From positions 1,410,001-1,442,000 of the forward strand of contig NZ_CP026606.1 in NCBI RefSeq assembly GCF_002945325.1: a stretch of DNA of 32,000 bases. The letters are read 5' to 3'. Every line of letters starts with the position of its first letter. Position 1 is the stretch's first letter. Of the stretch, positions 27,734 through 32,000 are shown one piece after another. The DNA comes from Methanococcus maripaludis. Lineage in GTDB: Archaea; AGJL01; Methanococci; Methanococcales; Methanococcaceae. The translations under genes were made by a program, and so were the position numbers. The notes beneath the pieces were generated by a model. That model made no database searches and was not told where the DNA came from. It saw nothing but the letters and a program-made list of their open reading frames with translations.

Positions 27734-29629
27734 ATGGATTATGATTACGAAAAACTTGGATTGAAAGTTGGACTTGAGATACACCAGCAGTTAAACACTA
27801 AAAGAAAACTTTTCTGTAACTGCCCAACAAAAATAAGGGATGACGAACCTCACGGGGAAATTGAAAGGGTTTTAAGACCTTCTCAGAGTGAAATGGGTCA
27901 CGTTGATAAGGCGGCGCTTCTCGAATCAAAAAAGGAAAAGAAGTTTATCTACCAATATTACAACGATACGACGTGTTTGGTGGAACTTGACGATGAACCG
28001 CCTCACGACGTTGCTCCTGAAGCAGTGGACACTGCATTAGAAGTTTCAACATTGATGAACATGAAAATGGCTGATGAAGTTCAGATCATGCGAAAAATGG
28101 TTATTGATGGTTCAAACACGTCAGGATTTCAAAGAACAATGTTTGTATCCCAAGAAGGATTCATCGAAACAGAATATGGAAATATTGGGGTTACAAGCCT
28201 CTGTTTAGAAGAAGATGCGTGTAAAAAGATTGAAGATGGAAAAGACTACACGAAATACTGTGTTGATAGGCTTGGAATCCCTCTTTTGGAAATTACAACT
28301 GAACCCGATATCACATCTCCAAAAATGGGTAAAGAAGCTGCAAGAAGAATTGGAACCATTTTAAGGGCTACTGGGAAAGTTAAAAGGGGCCTTGGTACAA
28401 TTCGACAGGATGTAAACATTTCAATTAGGGATGGTGCAAGAATTGAGGTTAAGGGGGTTCAAAACCTTGATTTAATTGAAAAAATCATCGAAAACGAAGT
28501 TACAAGACAGATCAGTTTAAACGAAATTAAAGAAGAACTTTTGAAAAGAAATGCAGAAGTTGTCGATGAAATCAAAGACATCACCGAATTTTTAAAAGAT
28601 ACGGAATCAAAAGTTTTGAAAAATGCACTTAAAAATAAAGGTGTAATTAGAGCAATATTATTGAAAGGATTTTCAGGAATGATTGGAAGAGAAGTTCAGC
28701 CGGGAAGACGACTTGGAACAGAATTTTCAGACCGTGGAAAGGTACTTGGTGGAGTTGGAGGATTATTCCACACCGATGAACTTCCAAAATACGGAATTAC
28801 TGAAGAAGAAGTTATAAAATTAAAAGAATACATGAATTGCGGCGAAAATGATGCTGTAATTTTGGTTGCTGACAAGAAAAACAAGGTCGAAAGAGCACTT
28901 AACGCAGTAATCGAACGGGCAAAAGAATCAATGATCGGAATTCCTGAAGAAACGAGAAAAGCACTCGATGACGGAAATACATCATACTTAAGGCCACTTC
29001 CTGGAGCTGCAAGGATGTATCCCGAAACAGATGTTCCAACAATTACAATTACTGAAGAAAAGATCGAATTTGTTAGAAATAACCTTCCAGAAATGCCTGA
29101 AGAAAAACTTGTAAGATTTGTAAAAGAGTATGAATTAAACGAAGATCTTGCAAAACAGATGGTAATGTCTTACCATGTTGATTTGTTTGAAAGTCTCTCA
29201 AAAAAATATTCAAAAATCAAGCCTACGCTCATTGCAACGACCCTTGAAGCTACAATAAAAGAAATAAAAAGAGAAGGGCTTGACACTGAGTTATTGACTG
29301 AAGAACACCTTGATGAACTTTTCAAAGGGCTTTCAGAAGACAAAATGTCAAAAGAAGCAGTTCCTGAAGTTATAAAAGGATTTATTGAAAACCCTTCAAA
29401 AAAACTCGATGAAATTTTAGAAATTAAAGGAATGTCATCAATGTCTGTTGAAGAAGTAGGATCAATAATTGAAGATATAATCAATCAAAACATTTCCCAA
29501 GTAAACGAAAAAGGAATGGGTGCAATGGGTCTTTTGATGGGAAGATGTATGGCGCAGCTCAGGGGAAAAGCTGATGGAAAGTTAATAAACACAACGTTAC
29601 AGAAAAAACTCAAAGAAAAAGTTCAGTAA
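27734..29629 (+). CDS. gatE: Glutamyl-tRNA(Gln) amidotransferase subunit E
   Basis: LGLKVGLEIHQQLNTKRKLFCNCPT, TEPDITSPKMGKEAARRIG, GTIRQDVNISI, PGRRLGTEFSDR, AARMYPETDVP. ATG 27734 matches the family start; the track's 27686 is too long. Confidence 0.97.
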   Translation: MDYDYEKLGLKVGLEIHQQLNTKRKLFCNCPTKIRDDEPHGEIERVLRPSQSEMGHVDKAALLESKKEKKFIYQYYNDTTCLVELDDEPPHDVAPEAVDTALEVSTLMNMKMADEVQIMRKMVIDGSNTSGFQRTMFVSQEGFIETEYGNIGVTSLCLEEDACKKIEDGKDYTKYCVDRLGIPLLEITTEPDITSPKMGKEAARRIGTILRATGKVKRGLGTIRQDVNISIRDGARIEVKGVQNLDLIEKIIENEVTRQISLNEIKEELLKRNAEVVDEIKDITEFLKDTESKVLKNALKNKGVIRAILLKGFSGMIGREVQPGRRLGTEFSDRGKVLGGVGGLFHTDELPKYGITEEEVIKLKEYMNCGENDAVILVADKKNKVERALNAVIERAKESMIGIPEETRKALDDGNTSYLRPLPGAARMYPETDVPTITITEEKIEFVRNNLPEMPEEKLVRFVKEYELNEDLAKQMVMSYHVDLFESLSKKYSKIKPTLIATTLEATIKEIKREGLDTELLTEEHLDELFKGLSEDKMSKEAVPEVIKGFIENPSKKLDEILEIKGMSSMSVEEVGSIIEDIINQNISQVNEKGMGAMGLLMGRCMAQLRGKADGKLINTTLQKKLKEKVQ

Positions 29630-29707
29630 GTAAATTAAAATAATTATTAATTTTTTTTAAGTATTTTCAACTTTTAAATATTTTATATTAGTCGGAGGGC
29701 GGTATTT

Positions 29708-31201
29708 TTGGATAATTTAATGGGCTACGTTATAGGTGAAACCTCAAATACTGAGTTAAATTTTCTTGCAAAGCACATGCCTGAAATTGGAAGTTATGTT
29801 TCAATCAATTACTGTGATTTAGAAATTTTGGGAATGGTTGAGTCGGTTAATCAAGGATGCAAAATCTTTGAAGACGTATACAATGTAAAAGATTTTGAAA
29901 AATTAAAAGATTTTGAAAATAACGATTCTTACTACACGATTGGAAAAATAAAAATTTTGGGCGATGTAAAAAATATGCAGATCCCAAGAATTCCGCCAAA
30001 ACCTGGAACTGAAGTTTACAATGCATCTGAAAAGATTTTGGGAGAAATTTTTTCAAAAGGAACAATTGAAATTGGAAATTTAATTTCAGCAGATTCAAAA
30101 GTTAAACTCGATGTAAACAAGTTATGTTCGAGACACTTGGCAATACTTGCAATTACTGGAATGGGTAAGTCAAATACCGTTTCTGTTCTTTTGGAAGAAT
30201 TAAATAACATTCATGCAACCGTTTTAGTTTTTGATATGCACAGGGAATATGTTGAAATCGAAGCAAAGAGCAGTATAATTCGAAGAAATATCATAAAACC
30301 AAAAATAAACGTATACAACATGTCATATGACGCATTAATGTCTCTTGCAGGAGTTGACCCACAAGCTACAGTTCAAAGGGCAATGGGAAGGCGTGCAATG
30401 AAAAAAATCAAGGAATCCAAAAAGGAAGTTGATTTTAATACTGTTGATGAGTATATAAACTCGATTATCAATGAACTCAATTATTACATGGGTATGGATG
30501 AATTTAAGAGCAAAGTGGACAGTATTTTAACATTGATTATGCGATTTGAAGATTTGATGACTTTTAAAGATAAAATTACTGCGATAAATTACAATCCTAT
30601 TCAAGATATAAAAGAAAATTATGTGAATATTGTTGATATAAGCGAATTAGACGAAAGCAGTACCGATTTAATAATCTCTTACTTTACGGGGGAGATTTTA
30701 AAGGATAGAAAAAAAGTTTTATGGAATACAAAAGTTGCAAAACCAATATTTATAATATATGAGGAAGCACATCTTATTGTGCCACAAAACAGGCCCACAA
30801 AATCCAAGATTCCGATTTCAAAAATTGCAAGGGAGGGTCGTAAATTTGGTGTAGGAATTTGTCTTGTTTCACAAAGGCCAAAAACCCTTGACCAAGAGTC
30901 GCTATCCCAGTGCAACAACTTTATAATTTCAAAATTAATTGAGCCAAGCGATCAAAAACACGTCCAACACGCATCAGAAAATTTAAGCGAAGACTTATTA
31001 AATCAGCTTCCAGGCTTAAACGTTGGGGAAGCAGTAATAATTGGCCCTTGTTTGAAAATCCCTGCAATGGTAAAAATAAAAAGATTTGAAGGGGAATATG
31101 GTGGTGAAGACGTTAAATTTGATGAACTTTGGACTACTGAAAAAGAAAAGAATATTCCTGAATTTATAGAAAGTAATGAACTTTTTAATGACGATTTGTA
31201 G
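29708..31201 (+). CDS. herA: HerA-type ATPase
   Basis: N-terminal HAS-barrel-like GYVIGETSNTELNFLAKHMPEIGSYVSI, Walker A LAITGMGKSNTVSVLLEEL, Walker B PIFIIYEEAHLIVP, and KIAREGRKFGVGICLVSQRPKTLDQESLSQCNNFII. TTG start. Confidence 0.87.
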   Translation: MDNLMGYVIGETSNTELNFLAKHMPEIGSYVSINYCDLEILGMVESVNQGCKIFEDVYNVKDFEKLKDFENNDSYYTIGKIKILGDVKNMQIPRIPPKPGTEVYNASEKILGEIFSKGTIEIGNLISADSKVKLDVNKLCSRHLAILAITGMGKSNTVSVLLEELNNIHATVLVFDMHREYVEIEAKSSIIRRNIIKPKINVYNMSYDALMSLAGVDPQATVQRAMGRRAMKKIKESKKEVDFNTVDEYINSIINELNYYMGMDEFKSKVDSILTLIMRFEDLMTFKDKITAINYNPIQDIKENYVNIVDISELDESSTDLIISYFTGEILKDRKKVLWNTKVAKPIFIIYEEAHLIVPQNRPTKSKIPISKIAREGRKFGVGICLVSQRPKTLDQESLSQCNNFIISKLIEPSDQKHVQHASENLSEDLLNQLPGLNVGEAVIIGPCLKIPAMVKIKRFEGEYGGEDVKFDELWTTEKEKNIPEFIESNELFNDDL

Positions 31202-31216
31202 AGTCAAGAGGCGTTT

Positions 31217-32000
31217 ATGAGCTTTGAAGTTACATTTGACGGAATGAGATACTCTTGCGTTAACTGCGCTTACTGTTGCAGTTGCAAAAATTGGAGAGTA
31301 TTTTTAAGTTATTTTGACATGATGAGACTAAAAGGCTATGAAAATTATATTGAAAAGTCAAATTCAAATTATGAACATGTTTTAGCCCTTAGAAATGGAA
31401 AGTGCGGCCTTATCGAGAATAATTTATGTAGAATACAGCTTGAAAAAAGCTATGATACGAAACCTGCAATGTGCAGGCTGTTTCCCTTCAGTTTCATGGT
31501 AAAATGGAATGGGGACTTACTTTTGATTTTAAAACACTACTGTAGTGGTGTTCAGGTAGGTAAATGCAGTAAAAAAACTATAAAACATGCAATAGAATGC
31601 TGTGAAGAATTATATCACGACCAACTTTCGGAATTTTCCTTAGACTTTGCTGAAAGAAGTGATAAAACTTCTTTAAATGAAAAAACAGAAATTTGTTGGG
31701 AAGAAAGGGCAGAACTTGGAAAATACTTCTTTAAAATTAAAAAATTTGATAGTTTTTCTGAAAAATATTCTGAAATATTTTCTGAAGATATATCTGACTC
31801 TATTGAAAAATTAAAATCAAAAAACAATGGTTTTGATGAAAAAACTCAAAAATTGCGTGAAAAAGAGACTTTACGCTATATGTATGAGTTGAATAAAAGA
31901 GAACATTTTAGAAAAATGTCTTTTAAAAAAGAACTGGATAATCTTATAAACGTTGGAATCATTATTGATGATTATAAAGATTTACTCAAAGGTGAAGGTG
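31217..32000 (+). CDS. YkgJ-family cysteine-cluster protein, 3'-truncated by the window edge
   Basis: My reading from ATG 31217 stays open to the window end. It encodes MSFEVTFDGMRYSCVNCAYCCSCKNWRVFLSYFDMMRLKGYE...CGLIENNLCRIQLEKSYDTKPAMCRLFPFSF, with YkgJ-like CxxCxxCC and CRLFPF motifs. Absent from the ORF track because it has no stop in the window. Confidence 0.75.
   Translation, partial: MSFEVTFDGMRYSCVNCAYCCSCKNWRVFLSYFDMMRLKGYENYIEKSNSNYEHVLALRNGKCGLIENNLCRIQLEKSYDTKPAMCRLFPFSFMVKWNGDLLLILKHYCSGVQVGKCSKKTIKHAIECCEELYHDQLSEFSLDFAERSDKTSLNEKTEICWEERAELGKYFFKIKKFDSFSEKYSEIFSEDISDSIEKLKSKNNGFDEKTQKLREKETLRYMYELNKREHFRKMSFKKELDNLINVGIIIDDYKDLLKGEG

Noticed and set aside
1-32000. CRISPR array, IS element, integrase, prophage, restriction or toxin-antitoxin locus
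   Set aside because: I looked for regularly spaced repeats, terminal inverted repeats and the corresponding proteins and saw none. The tRNA genes are intact with no adjacent integrase or att-like duplicate.
1-32000. Selenocysteine or pyrrolysine recoding of in-frame stops
   Set aside because: Methanococcus makes selenoproteins, so I considered it. However, the main genes have normal family lengths and no split ORF pair suggests readthrough of UGA or UAG.

Overview
The window looks like ordinary core chromosome from a Methanococcus species, probably close to M. maripaludis. That placement rests on remembered gene content and order plus AT-rich, methanococcal-type promoters, and no database search was run. 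I read about 27 protein genes and 3 tRNA genes. In order they are: a glycogen/starch module (glgA partial, GH15, GH57); engB; rpl10e; a minus-strand ubiD-like / UPF0058 / dnaG cluster; two tandem tRNA-Gly genes; a DUF2334 deacetylase-like gene; a Ski2-type helicase with an N-terminal zinc motif; a class III (QxSxExxxL) pilin; UPF0200; GNAT; DUF486; tRNA-Arg; crcB plus DUF190; tfrA; a secreted glycoprotein-like ORF; an XRE-cupin regulator next to an acyl-CoA synthetase and a 2-oxoacid:ferredoxin oxidoreductase operon with a fused A-gamma subunit; an Hps-RraA fusion; YciI-like; DUF1786; UPF0489 (arginase-like fold); gatD/gatE; a HerA-type ATPase; and a partial YkgJ-like cysteine-cluster gene. 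I found no CRISPR array, transposon, phage or defence island, and no clearly new system. The most follow-up-worthy items are the regulator/acyl-CoA synthetase/VOR neighbourhood, the free-standing UPF0489 protein, the zinc-motif Ski2 helicase, the ubiD-family gene (candidate archaeal mevalonate-pathway enzyme), and small palindromes or shared TATA elements at tRNA promoters. Several ORF-track starts extend past better ribosome-binding-site starts, and I give corrected starts.
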